A DNA stretch of 63,933 bases, counting the filler, from Octopus bimaculoides (taxonomy: Eukaryota): NCBI RefSeq assembly GCF_001194135.2. It is 5 parts of 4 records of this genome, joined end to end, with 100 filler letters (N's around TTAATTAATTAA, not from the genome) between each part and the next. Parts side by side here need not be neighbours in the genome. Positions count along the whole stretch, not along the records: positions 1 to 25,501 come from NC_068981.1; 4 more parts are not named here. One strand, given 5' to 3'. This document shows, piece by piece, positions 1 through 12,434 of this stretch. The translations under genes and the position numbers were made by a program. The notes under the pieces are model-generated. The model saw only the letters and a list, made by a program, of their open reading frames with translations. It searched no databases and was not told the origin of the DNA. Each line of letters opens with the position of its first letter. Position 1 is the stretch's first letter.

Positions 1-189
1 CTCAACGTAATTGTTCGACCCTAAAGAAACAACAGCTAAGTCTCCATAAAAAAAAAAAAGAAAAAGAAAAAGAAGACGAAAAAGGATAACCACATTGGAT
101 AGACATAGCGCTAGATACACCATGCCTGCAAAACAAAATCGTAGCTGCTATGTCGTTGATTGCAAGTTCCAGTGGTCAAGGGCAGGTTA

Positions 190-432
190 ACCTGGGGCTA
201 AACAGCAGCAGCAGCAACAACAACAACAACAAGAAGGTATCAATTACTCATTGCTTATCCATAAGCTCCATTCATCAGTGGATTTATCACCCGCTCCATA
301 AGATATACTATCGTTACCATCTGCTCCATCCACATCACTGTTACTGTTTACCATCCCTTCTAAATACTCTACCGCTACTACCATCATCGTTAGTAGCTTT
401 ATCTTTATCCTCTACCATCATCGTTATCACTG

Positions 433-464
<32 letters not shown>

Positions 465-1205
465 GTCGTCGTTGTCATAACCGTTTCTACCTCCATTTCT
501 CGAAATTTACCATCATCATCATCACCATCAACACCACCGCCATGACTATCACAATTACCACCGCCTTCACCACCACCACCAATACGATGACGACGATCAC
601 CACTACCACCACCACCACCACCACCACCTCCACTACCACTACCACCACCATCACCGCCATCACCATGACCAGCATGACCAAAACCACTACGAACATGACC
701 ACCACTACCACCACCACCATTACCACCACCACCAGTTTCACCACCATCACCATCACCTTTTTATCCTTATTCTTTTTCTACTATCACCATTATCATCAGC
801 ATCATCAACACTACTGCCACCATCGTTTGTAGTAATTCCACTAAACTTACCACCTATAGCAGCAGCAGCAGCAGCGACAACAACAACAACAACAAGAACA
901 ACAACGGCAGTAGCAACTGCTATCATCATCCTACCATCACTAATAGTAATCTCACTAAATTTATCGTCGTGCTCACCACCACTACCACCACCACCACCAC
1001 CACCACCATCTTAACCTTAGCTACTATGATCGCTACCATCGTCATCATCATCGTAAATCTAACTTTCCTCCCACCACCACCACTATCATCATCATTATTG
1101 TCGCCGTCCTCATCATCGTCGTCATCACGATCATCATTAACATCATAATCACCACTACCACCATCATCATCGACGTTGTCGTTATCTTCACCACCACCAT
1201 CAGGA
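190..1205. repeat. Compound trinucleotide microsatellite (CAG/CAA/CAT/CAC/CTA)
   Basis: Interleaved triplet runs; explains the poly-T/I/V/D/H ORFs in the track. Confidence 0.95.
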
Positions 1206-1330
1206 TTATCATTCGGTCTACCAGTCTCTGTCGTAAAATCTTCTTCACAGCAGACAGCGTCGTCCCATGAGTGAATCCAGGTTTCGCCACTCGTAACGCA
1301 GAGAAATGAAAGATTAACAAATACAGGAGT

Positions 1331-2110
1331 CCAGCCGGCAGCTTTCATTTTGAGCAGGTCACTATCAGTTTGGGCCGGCCGCTACCAGTTTGAGTCGGTC
1401 GCTGTGAATTTGAGCCGGTCACTATCAGCTTGAGCCGGTCGCTATCAGGTCGAACCGGTCGCTATCAGGTCGAGCCGGTCGCTATGAGTTTGAGCCTGTC
1501 GCTATCAGGTTGAGCCGGTCGCTATCAGGTTGAACCGGTCGCTATGAGTTTGAGCCTGTCGCTATCAAGTTGAGCCGGTCGCTATCAGGTTGAACCGGTC
1601 GCTATCAGGTCGAGCCGGTCGCTATGAGTTTGAGCCTGTCGCTATCAGGTTGAGCCGGTCGCTATCAGGTTGAGCCGGTCGCTATCAGGTTGAGCCGGTC
1701 GCTATCAGGTTGAACCGGTCGCTATGAGTTTGAGCCGGTCACTATCAGCTTGAGCCGGTCACTATCAAGTTGGACTGGTCGCTATGAGTTTGAGCCGGTC
1801 GCTATGAGTTTGAGCCGATAGCTATGAGCTTGAGCCGGTCACTATCAGTTTGAGCCGGTCGNNNNNNNNNNNNNNNNNNNNNNNNNNNNNNNNNNNNNNN
1901 NNNNNNNNNNNNNNNNNNNNNNNNNNNNNNNNNNNNNNNNNNNNNNNNNNNNNNNNNNNNNNNNNNNNNNNCTTGAGCCGGTCACTATCAAGTTGGACTG
2001 GTCGCTATGAGTTTGAGCCGGTCGCTATGAGTTTGAGCCGATAGCTATGAGCTTGAGCCGGTCACTATCAGTTTGAGCCGGTCGCTTTCAGTTTGAGCCT
2101 GTCGCTATTA
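1331..2110. repeat. 20-bp minisatellite, consensus about TTGAGCCGGTCGCTAT(C/G)AG(G/T)
   Basis: About 26 units before the N gap (1862-1971) and about 7 after, degenerate at both edges, no spacers. Confidence 0.95.
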
Positions 2111-2235
2111 GTTCTTAGATACCGCACTGCCGATTTCCTCCGCAAAATCGGGATAACTGCTGCCCGTCTGGGAAATGAACTCCCGCGACGTGGGGGTGAC
2201 TGTGGAAGCGAGTATCGTTGGGCATTTTCCGCGGC

Positions 2236-2466
2236 AGATGATGATGGTGGTGTTAATAGTGATAGCAATGATGGCAGAGGGCTGGGATGCTGTTGATGAT
2301 GGTGATGGAGACGTAGTGTTGGGTGTGATGGTGATGGTAAAGGTAAAAATGTTGGTGTTATGGGTAATAGCAGTGGTGGTGTTGGTAGTAGTATTAGTTT
2401 AGTAATGATGGTGGCAGCGATAGTTTTGGTAAAGGTGCAGTCTGGGAGTGGTGATCTGCGAGATGG

Positions 2467-2520
<54 letters not shown>

Positions 2521-2770
2521 CGATGACGGCGACGAAAACAACGGCAACGACGACGACAACGACGACGACGGTGATGATGACGACGATGGTAGCGATGGTG
2601 ACAGTGGTAGTGGTAGTACGATGGTAATGGGTGACGTTGACATGTCGATGATGGCGGTGTTTATAATGGTGCTAGTTACGCTGATGTTTAACAGTGGTGG
2701 CGGTGGTGGTGGTGGCAGTGATGATGAGATTGATGGTGATGGTGAAAGCAAAATGGTAGTACTGATGATG
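2236..2770. repeat. Compound GAT/GGT/GAC microsatellite
   Basis: Triplet runs including a pure (GAT)n tract at about 2468-2520. Confidence 0.95.
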
Positions 2771-3467
2771 CAGGCGGATTATGAAGTAGAAAAAAAAAAC
2801 TCCAAAACATCCAAAGAAAATAAAGCAACAATAAAATTAATAAATGTCGAAAGTTCTGTTATTTTATTATACACCCCCCCCCCAACTCTCGCTGCCCGCA
2901 CCGCCACCAATCACTGTTAATTAGTTCTGCTAGATTTCAGTTTCACTAATTAATAGATGAAATGAAACGTCAGATGTGAACTAGGATTAAAAACAAAATA
3001 ACAAAATCAGAGAATTACTTCCCCTTGCTGCAACAACGACACCGCTCGATCTTATTGCTTATGGTCTCATTTCCTCGTGACATGTTTGGCAAATTAATCA
3101 AGAAAGTGGTTTTTGTTTCCTTTTGCCTTTTTTTTTTTCCTTTTCATATTTTCATATTTTTATGGCAGGGCTCGTAGTTAGCTAAACAAACTTCTCTGGC
3201 AACCCACTTTTGATTGTTAGTTGGTTGTTTGGTATTTTTTGTTATTACACTTATGTCTCAAATGCTCTTCACGTAATACAATGTCACAACGACCTCTGTT
3301 ATTAAATTTTTATACTAAAATTCAAATGTTTGATAATCATGGTTCATGTTAAAGGCTTAAATTTTTTCCCTCTCTTTACAGCTTAAATATATTTCACCCT
3401 TGTGCAGATGTTAACCTTCAACAAGACAGAAGTGTGCTTAGCTGAAGAGGTTTCTTTTTTTTTGTAA

Positions 3468-3795
3468 CCCCCTTCGGTCACGAATGACCATAGGATTGCA
3501 CCTAAAAAGTTCCACTCCGAGGCACGAGTCCGAGCAAGGTTGTTTTGTGAAAGATCAGCAGTTGCCCATGTATACCAGCATACTCTCTTCATGCTACTGA
3601 TGTTATCCAAGGGAAAGGCAAAGGCTGATACAGCTTGGCACCAGAGACGTCGAAACTTATTTCTACAGCTGAATGAACTGGAGCAACGTGAAATAAAGTG
3701 TCTTGCTCAAGAACACAACACACACCCGGTCCGGGAATCGAACTCACAACCTCATGATTGTAAGCTCGTCTTTCTAACCACTGATCCATGCACCT
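3468..3795 (-). mobile_element. tRNA-derived SINE, family A (CORE-like central motif)
   Basis: Minus strand has tRNA-like head with B box GTTCGATTC, then GTGTTCTTGAGCAAGACACTTTATTTCACGTTGCTCCAG; same family as 19992-20310. Confidence 0.85.
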
Positions 3796-3849
3796 TCACA
3801 GTATTAAGAGTGTTACTCGCATGATTAGGACGGTGCAGTTACTCCCTCA

Positions 3850-4040
3850 ACTCTCACTCTCTCTCCTTTTCTCTCTCCCCTTTCTCTTTCTCTCGCTCTC
3901 CTTTTCTCNNNNNNNNNNTTCTCTTTCTCTCGCTCTCCTTTTCTCTCTCCCCTTTCTTTCTCTCTCTCTCTCTCCTTTTCTCTCTCCCCTTTCTCTCTCT
4001 CTCTCTCCTTTTCTCTCTCTTTCTCTCTCTTTCTCTCGCC
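3850..4040. repeat. CT-rich low-complexity repeat
   Basis: (CT)n/CTTTT units around a 10-N gap. Confidence 0.9.
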
Positions 4041-4129
4041 GTATAGAACAAAATTCAGAAGATAAGTAATAAAAGCAATTTAGGCTCAATGCTAACAATT
4101 TTGAGAGGGAGTCTCTCAATACCATCGGC

Positions 4130-4255
4130 ACCAATACTTGACTGGTACTCTATTTTTATCGACCATAGAAAGGAGAAAGGCAAAGCTGATCTCAGTGAGA
4201 ATTGAACTCAGAACAAAAAGAACCAGAATCCATTTAGACACAAACCTGGCATTTT
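4130..4255 (-). mobile_element. Degenerate SINE family B fragment
   Basis: GACTGGTACT..TTTATCGAC..GAAAGGCAAAG..GAACTCAGAAC matches the reverse complement of the family B core. Confidence 0.65.
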
Positions 4256-4837
4256 TTCAGTGGAAATGGTTAGTCGATACACAATAAACACTCTCAGCAG
4301 TAGAGTCCTCCCTCTGCTTCCACCATAGGTCAGCCAGACGTTATCAAAAATCTTGCACATGAATTAAATAGCAAGATCTTCCACATCGTGGGGCTCCTTA
4401 CTATGCAGAATGGCAGCTCGTTTCCTCGCTACGTCTTGCAAAACATACTAAAGTACACTCGGGAGTTATTTGAAATTAGGGAGCTAGAAGAAAAAAAATA
4501 AGGGCATTCTAGGTCACTTCTGGACAAAGGTTCATGTAAAAGCTAAATATGATCCGACAACTTATTTTAATTGTAAACAAAATAGCTGTCATCACAGACA
4601 TACCTAAATTTCTTCCCTTGAAATTTAAGGAAAACTCCTCATGGAAGTACGTGGTCTAGGATATATGATACATTAAGTCAGGTTTAGGACATGTTCAAAC
4701 ACAGATGTATAATTCTAATTGCTACGACCATGCAACCATTTTACTCTGTTCACTACTACTATATGCATTAAATTTAAAAAATAAAAACACAATAATGTAA
4801 AGCCAAGAACACACACAGCGGTGTGTTTCTGTTTAAA

Positions 4838-4911
<74 letters not shown>

Positions 4912-5274
4912 GTTCAAATTTACAGAAAACAAAAGACGAAGACAGGTGTAGAAGCAACAAGCAAGCGTATTAACTTAACGCTCAGGAAGAATGGTAAAGT
5001 CTTTGACATTTCGAGCTTATGCTCTTCGACAGAAAGGATTAAGAGGAAAAGAAAAAAACATAGAACGAAAAAATATATATATNNNNNNNNNNTATATATA
5101 TACACATATATATATACATATATATACATACACACACACATACATATGATGATGAAGGCGCATAGCCTGGTCATTACGGCGTTTCACTCAAGATTTCTTG
5201 ATTGTAGTTTCAGTTTCAGTTCCTAGACCAGGTGGTGCAATGTGTTCTGGAGAAAAACACTTCATCCCACGTTG

Positions 5275-5370
5275 CTCTGGCGGAATTTGAGCTCAGAACA
5301 CAAAGACAGACGATATACCGCTAAGCATTTCGTTTGGCGTGCTAACAATTCTGCTAGCTCTCCGCCTTCA
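5275..5370 (-). mobile_element. SINE family B, 5' half
   Basis: Reverse complement of head GAAGGCGG..GCAGAAT(T)GTTAGCAC..ATGCTTAGCGG..GTTCTGAGCTCAAATTCCGCC. Confidence 0.85.
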
Positions 5371-5395
5371 TACGCATATTAATAATAGTATGTCT

Positions 5396-5610
5396 GCAGG
5401 CGGCAAGCTAGCAGAATCGTTTTGCTGGGCAAAATGCTTACCAGTATTTCATTCGTCTTTACATTCCGAGTTCAAGTTCCGCCGAGGTCGACATTACCTT
5501 TCTTCCTTTCGGAGTCGATAAAATAAGTCCCAGTTAAACACTGGGATCAATGCAATCGATTCATTCCCTTCCTGAAACATGCTGGTCTTGTATCAAAAAT
5601 TGAAATCAAT
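5396..5610 (+). mobile_element. SINE family B
   Basis: Head GGCGGCAAGCTAGCAGAATCG, B-box-like GAGTTCAAGTTCC, core CGAGGTCGAC..CCTTTCGGAGTCGATAAAATAAGT. Confidence 0.85.
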
Positions 5611-5622
5611 AATGGTATATGT

Positions 5623-6215
5623 GAAGGCGGCGAGCAGGCAGAATCGTTAGCACACCGGGCGAAATGCTTAGCGGTATTTCATCTGCCACTACGTTCTGAG
5701 TTTAAATTCCGCCGAGGTCGACTTTGCCTTTCATTCTTTCGGGGTCGATTAAATAAGTACCAGTTACGCACTGGGGTTAATATAATCGACTTAATCCGTT
5801 TGTCTGTCCTTGTTTGTCCCCTCTGTGTTTAGCCCCTCGTTAACATGCCAGGCAAAATGCTTAGCGGTATTTTTTACGTTCTGAGTTCAATTTCCACCGA
5901 GGTCGACTTTGCCTTTCATCCTTTCGGGGTCGATTAAATAAGTACCAGTTACGCACTGGGGTTAATATAATCGACTTAATCCGTTTGTCTGTCCTTGTTT
6001 GTCCCCTCTGTGTGTAGCCCCTTGTTAGCATGCCAGGCAAAATGCTTAACGGTATTTTCTCCGTTTTTACGTTCTGAGTTCAAATTCCGCCGAGGTCGAT
6101 AAAATCCTTTGGTGATCGATAAAATAAGTACCATCTGAGTACTGGGGTCGATGTATTCAACGTACCCACTTCCTCGAACCTTTTGGCATTGTGCCAAAAT
6201 TTGAAACCAATAATG
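5623..6215 (+). mobile_element. Tandem trimer of SINE family B units
   Basis: Three successive cores; units 1 and 2 are near-identical with a 185-bp period (GGGGTCGATT at 5741 and 5926). Confidence 0.9.
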
Positions 6216-6539
6216 GTGTATCTGTATACGCCTGTGCGTGAGTCGTGCTTTTCACGTATTTACTGGTTGTTTTATCAATTTATCAACAAAGAAGAGAACA
6301 AGCAAAAAACAAAACGATCCACATGAATGGCGAGAAAACGAGACAAATTCAAATTGATGTTTAAATCATGATTACACCTTGTAACTTTTGATGCTATTTG
6401 AAGATCGGAGATTATAGCAGGAGTTGAAGAAAGAGCTTTCGTCTCTTTCTCTGCTAACAATGACGATGCTACTGATGTCATTTTCTTTTCATTGATTTTT
6501 TTTTGTTTTCAAGAACTACCTTTTATGTAGTAGGTTTGT

Positions 6540-6790
6540 TTTGTTTTGTTTTGTTTTGAAGTGTAATTGTTTTGTTGAATCTTGTTTACTCTTCTTCTTC
6601 TTATTATTATTCTTGTTGCCGAATTCATTACTTCTGCTGCTGCTGGTGTTGATGTTGTTGTTGTTGTTGTTACTGTTATATTTGCTAGTCTTCTTCTTCT
6701 TCTTCTTCTTCTTCTTCTTCTTCTTCTTCAACAACAACAACAAGTACGACTACTACTGCCGCTGCCGCTGTTTCTGTCACCACCACCACC

Positions 6791-6861
<71 letters not shown>

Positions 6862-7090
6862 TTCTACTACTACTACTTTTGTTGTTCTCTTCGCTACTGT
6901 TCTTTTTCTTATAATTGTTGCTACTGTTGTTGTCATCGCTGCTGCTGCATCTACTGTGGTTATTGTTTTTTTCCGTTTCCTCCTCCCCCCGTCACCCTCC
7001 TTCACAGTCATTTCTCTCTCATTCTTCTTCTTCTTCTTCTTCTTCTTCTTCTTCTTCTTCTTCTTCTTCTTCTTCTTCTTCTTCTTCTGC
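6540..7090. repeat. Compound TTC/TTG/CAC/TAC microsatellite
   Basis: Direct inspection. Confidence 0.95.
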
Positions 7091-7431
7091 TTTGAAACGT
7101 TGCTGTTATGATCCGCTTAATACGTCGGANNNNNNNNNNNNNNNNNNNNNNNNNNNNNNNNNNNNNNNNNNNNNNNNNNNNNNNNNNNNNNNNNNNNNNN
7201 NNNNNNNNNNNNNNNNNNNNNNNNNNNNNNNNNNNNNNNNNNNNNNNNNNNNNNNNNNNNNNNNNNNNNNNNNNNNNNNNNNNNNNNNNNNNNNNNNNNN
7301 NNNNNNNNNNNNNNNNNNNNNNNNNNNNNNNNNNNNNNNNNNNNNNNNNNNNNNNNNNNNNNNNNNNNNNNNNNNNNNNNNNNNNNNNNNNNNNNNNNNN
7401 NNNNNNNNNNNNNNNNNNNNNNNNNNNNNNN

Positions 7432-7494
<63 letters not shown>

Positions 7495-7791
7495 AAACGA
7501 AAAAGTTAAAGCAAAAAACTAAATAATAGGAATTAACACAATGAAATTTATTTTTGTCGGTATTTTTGAGATGTTTTTGTGGAATTTTAAATATTTTATT
7601 TATTATTTATGTTATATTTCTTTCTTTTATTTATTTATTTATTTATTTATTTCTAAATGGTTGATTTATTCAATTAGAGGAAAGAGATTCCCATCTCTCC
7701 ACTTTTTCTGGTAATGGTCGGTACGTGTGCATGCATATGTATGTATGTGCGTGTGTATATATATGTTTCTTTCTGTGTGTGATGAGAGGAT

Positions 7792-7825
<34 letters not shown>

Positions 7826-8195
7826 TTAAGGGAAGTGTGGTTGTGCGAAAAATGTGACTGACATTTTAATGTTAAAACATATGGACAGTTTCGAGAGCTG
7901 ATTGCTGAGAGGAAAGCTCACACAAACACCCCCCCACACACACAGACATAGACACACACACGCTCTCTCTCTCTCACTCTCTTTCTTATACACACATATG
8001 CACGTAAACCGTCGCATACACACACGCTCACAGAATAATATAAGATAATAACAAGCAAAACATTTCACTCAAAGAAATTAGTATCTGAGAAATCTGTAAC
8101 AGACTTTTAAATAAACATTTGTAAGCAGCACAGAAATTTGTCGTAATTTCTTTGAATTTACACCAAAATATTCAATAATTTCATGCTAAACAGCG

Positions 8196-8669
8196 TCAGC
8201 GTGGTTGTCTGGTTAAAAAGGTTGTTTCCCAACTGCGTAGACTTGGGTTCAGTCTCATAGTGCAGCATCTTGACCATGTATTTTGTACTATAGCCCCGAG
8301 CCGACCAAAGCCTTGTGAGTGTAATTGTTGGAAACTGAAAGAAGCCCATTGTGTGTGTGTGTGTGCGTGCGTGTGTGTGTATATATATGTGGTAAATACC
8401 ACCATGAGGATATCCAAAATACACTGGATTTGATTAAAAAGAGACGATGAGTGATGGCTAAAGAAATATTGAGCTTTGTTTTTAATAACCAATTGATCTA
8501 GCAAGCGGGGCCTCATATCAGTGAGGGGGGCCAGTGTGCATTGATGCTGTCGAGAGGTAGGCCCCGAAACGGCGTGCATTCTCTCTTGATGACCCCATAC
8601 ACATGCTGGCTTCCGGTATGCGGATTTCTCGACTGGTTGCACTTGCATGTGCGAGTTGTCTGCAAGACA

Positions 8670-8722
<53 letters not shown>

Positions 8723-8950
8723 GCACGTGTATGTGTAGGTGTGCTTGTGTTGTGTTTTTGCACTCCCACCGCCTGGCAACTGGTGTTGCTTGTTTACGTC
8801 CTTCCTAACAGTTCGGCAAAAGAGACCGATGGAATCAGTACCAGGCTTAAAGAAAAATAAGCACTGGGTCCACTTGTTCGACTAAACCCTTCAAGGTGGT
8901 ACCCCAGTATGGCTGCGGTCCAATGACTGAAAGAAATAAAAGAAAGATAA
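8196..8950 (+). mobile_element. SINE family C (internal microsatellite) with a ~270-bp insert
   Basis: 5' half ends AAACTGAAAGAAGCCC + (TG)n; 3' half GTTCGGCAAAAGAGACCGAT..CCCCAGTATGGCTGCGGTCCAATGACTGAAA; non-SINE sequence at about 8390-8665. Confidence 0.8.
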
Positions 8951-9099
8951 AAGTATCCTGACGGTTTGTTATCGTTGTGCTGGAGATAATGTACTGAATA
9001 TATGTTCCAACGATCATGAGTCTGAACACCATCAGAGATGGGTTTTTTTAAATTTATTTATTCATAAATTTGTACGCAACATGGCTGAAAAGTTAAAAA

Positions 9100-9405
9100 T
9101 TTTCGCCTCGATATCACGAGATTATGGGTATCTTGAGCAAGTACCTTTCACAACAGTTTCGGGTCGGCCCAAGCCTTGAGAGTGAACTTGTGTAGATGGA
9201 AATTGTAAGAATGTCGGATGAATTGCACATGTTATTCAGACACCCATCCTTTGTCACACATTGCATCATGCTGATTCGGCATTGGGATTACATTAGGGAT
9301 ACGCGTATCTGTGGAATATTCAACCACTCACGCATTAACTCAATGAATAGGTAATATAGTTAATCGAGCAACCGAATAATCATTGTCGAAACCGACGGAG
9401 ATCCA
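9100..9405 (+). mobile_element. Old, degenerate SINE related to family D
   Basis: TCTGTGGAATATTCAACCACT..GTCGAAACCGACGGAGATCCA resembles the family D tail at 14170-14270. Confidence 0.5.
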
Positions 9406-10194
9406 TTACTATAGTAACACGCAACGTGCTCAAAGACCAAAATCGTACATGCCTATATCCAAAGACGCTCCAACTGTTACCATACCTTCTGTGTTTTTCT
9501 GTGGGTGAGGTGTTTTCTAATATTTTCTTCACTTTGTAAGTCGGTAAAGTGTAATTTGAGTGTGATGTGGCAGCTATGTCTAGCAGGTTCACTGGCCATA
9601 TCTCGAAAGCAAACTGTTTTTAAGGAGCATCAGCAATAAGTGTGGAATCCAAGGCCTGTTTAAAACGCAAGAACATCGAAGAAGAATTTTAAAAAGGTTC
9701 TACTTAGAAATTGAAACCCTGTTGTAGGCTTAGATTACCATAATTTACTTTTTTAGAGGTATTCACCAGAATTGCAAATTAAATAGAGTGTAAGCTGTTT
9801 AGTGTAATAGCGGATAATATTATCAGGTGTTTATTGTTATCAAGGTTTCAAACACACTCAGGATATTGTTTGATCGTTTGCTTAATGCATTCAGTTAGTT
9901 ATTGTTATCTAAAAAGCTTCGTTTCCGGAGTGATCACAATAAGCGGTTTCCAAGTATTTTTCTTTTTTCTTTATGAAGTCAAATGAACACAACTTCACGA
10001 AAGCAACTGAAATTACTTCAGCATATTACTGATATTTATTTTACCAGCTCCGGATGGATGAACTGTAATTACGGATCATTCATGACTTGAACACTGAATT
10101 AGCCAATTCGGACTTCACCAGCTCAGTCATTTTCAATGAACGTTTCCGTTATTGTTTTATCTTTTATACGAATTCGGTGCCAGTTTCACTTTAA

Positions 10195-10472
10195 CCCATT
10201 ACCTACCAGTGATCTCATATAAGATCACTTAAAAATTACAAATTTCGTAATTATCTGTCAATATTTACACATATCTAACCTTTTTGCTATATCTACTAGG
10301 TGTATTTCTCTGATATTCAAATGAGGTTTGCTAATTTTTCACCCAATATCTCGCTTATTTCTATTTAAAATGTTATTTTGAAATGTTATTTTGATCATTC
10401 CAGGTTGTTTTATGCTAGAAATCAAAGTTTCATAAAAAAATTCCAGTTAATAGAATTATGGGAGGTAATGGG
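10195..10472. mobile_element. piggyBac-type MITE
   Basis: TTAA (10191-94) + CCCATTACCTACCA ... TGGGAGGTAATGGG + TTAA (10473-76): TTAA target duplication and CCC-starting TIRs. Confidence 0.8.
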
Positions 10473-10875
10473 TTAACTGAATACAGCTTTGCTTTTATGG
10501 ATAAAAACGATATTGAATTTTCTAATGTTCAACGTCTTTCCGAGGACATTTGAGTCGCAAATATTGAACTTGTGTCAACTTGACTATCGAATCTGGTTCA
10601 CAGTCTCGACGGGCCAGGTTCTTTATGGCGTCTGACACACTGAATATTGTTTTCTAACACTGGCATACTGTACCGCATATTACTGGTACTTATTTTAAAG
10701 GCTTCGAATTTGGATAACTTCGAATTTGGATAACATAGAACCCAGCTCATATGAACTCTGCCTGTCCAGCCATTAATTGTGAAGGAGAAATACCATCGCT
10801 CAACATAAACTCAAGGCCTTCATTCTTTTTCTCTTGATTCCTAGATGTCATAAAGCCGGTTACACGGTTTCCATG

Positions 10876-11390
10876 GCGGTATTTCGTCTGTCTTTACGTT
10901 CTGGGTTCAAATTTCACCGAGGTCGACTTTGCTTTCATCCTTTCGGGGTCGATTAAGTAAGTACCAGTTACGCACTGGGGTCGATATAATTGACTTAATC
11001 CGTTTGTCTGTCCTTGTTTGTCCCCTCAGTGTATAGCCCCTTGTGGGCAGTAAAGAAATAAGAATCGTTAGTACGCGGGCGCTACTGGATCGATCTAATC
11101 GACTGGCCCCCTCCCCCAAAATTTCGGGCCTTGTGCCTAGAGTAGAAAATAATATATACTGTTTCTTAAGGCGGCGAGCTGGTAGAATCTTTAGCACGTC
11201 GGGCAAAATGCTTAGTGGCATTTCGTCCGTCTTTACGTTTTGAGTTCAAATTCCGCTGAGGTCGACTATGCCTTTTATCCTTTCGGAAATAAGTTGTACT
11301 TATTTCATTTTGTTAAGTACTGGGGCCGATATAATTGACTTATCCTCTACGCCGAACTTGCTGGCCTTGTGCCAAATTTTGAAACTAATA
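10876..11390 (+). mobile_element. Cluster of three SINE family B units/fragments
   Basis: Unit with long tail (10876-11060), deleted unit (11061-11153), new head AAGGCGGCGAGCTGG at about 11168. Confidence 0.85.
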
Positions 11391-11532
11391 TATAGTATCT
11401 CAAAACAATATTTAAAGAAACCATAGCTACTCGTAGCTTTAATATTTTTCTACTCGTAGATTTAATATTTTTCTGCTGTGATAAATGGAGGTTAAAAGCA
11501 TTACTNNNNNNNNNNNNNNNNNNNNNNNNNNN

Positions 11533-11841
11533 TAACGTGCAAGTGGCTGAGCACTCCACAGACACGTGTACCCTTAACGTAGTTCTCGGGGATATTCAGG
11601 GTGACACAGTGTGACAAGGCTGACCCTTTGAATTACAGGCACAGCAGAAACAGGAAGTAAGAGTGAGAGAAAGTTGTGGTGGAAGAGTACAGCAGAGTTC
11701 GCCACCACCCCCTGCCGGAGCCTCGTGGAGCTTTAGGTGTTTTCGCTCAATAAACACTCACAACGCCCGGTCTGGGAATCGAAACCGCGATCCTATGATC
11801 GGGAGTCCGCTGCCCTAACCACTGGACCATTGCGCCTCCAC
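11533..11841 (-). mobile_element. tRNA-derived SINE family D (3' end lost in gap)
   Basis: Reverse complement matches 13890-14200 along its length. Confidence 0.9.
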
Positions 11842-12388
11842 CGTCATCTTCATTAACATTAAAAAAACAACTTCAACCATTTCTCTTTAATGATATACAG
11901 CCGTGTGCAAATCCAAAGAAAACTAAAGTACATAAAGTTATAAGAAATCCAGTATCTATGTAATCTGGGCAGCGTCTGAGGACAACAAGGTAGTATAAGA
12001 AAGTAAGTATAAAATATCCTGTGTATGGTCAGTCACAACTCTGTACTAATGAACGCTTTGTTGAGAAAGTTTCATAAGCCTGAAACATGTATATTATTTT
12101 CGTCAGTTGTCTTTAGAAACCACGTCTTTTCCCATCCGCATTTTCTATATTATCCAGTTTAACCAACTTAGAGTTAACTCATATTCTTGTTGCTTTTAGA
12201 TATTAATTATTTTAGATACTAATTTTGGTCCTTTTTGTTTACTAATTAATTGAAAAATTTTAGTTAATTGGGCTATTTCAATAACCTATTTTAAATATAT
12301 TTCATCTATTTATTATACAGATCGCTGTCATTTAGCTAGTTACTTTTCATCAATATTGCTGCTTTTCATATTTAAGGCCTTTACATAC

Positions 12389-12434
<46 letters not shown>

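Noticed and set aside
1331-2110. CRISPR array
   Set aside because: Contiguous repeats with no unique spacers, in eukaryotic DNA.
4310-4502. ~65-codon open frame (QPDVIKNLAHELNSK..ELEEKK*)
   Set aside because: No start, no motif and no supporting neighbouring exons.
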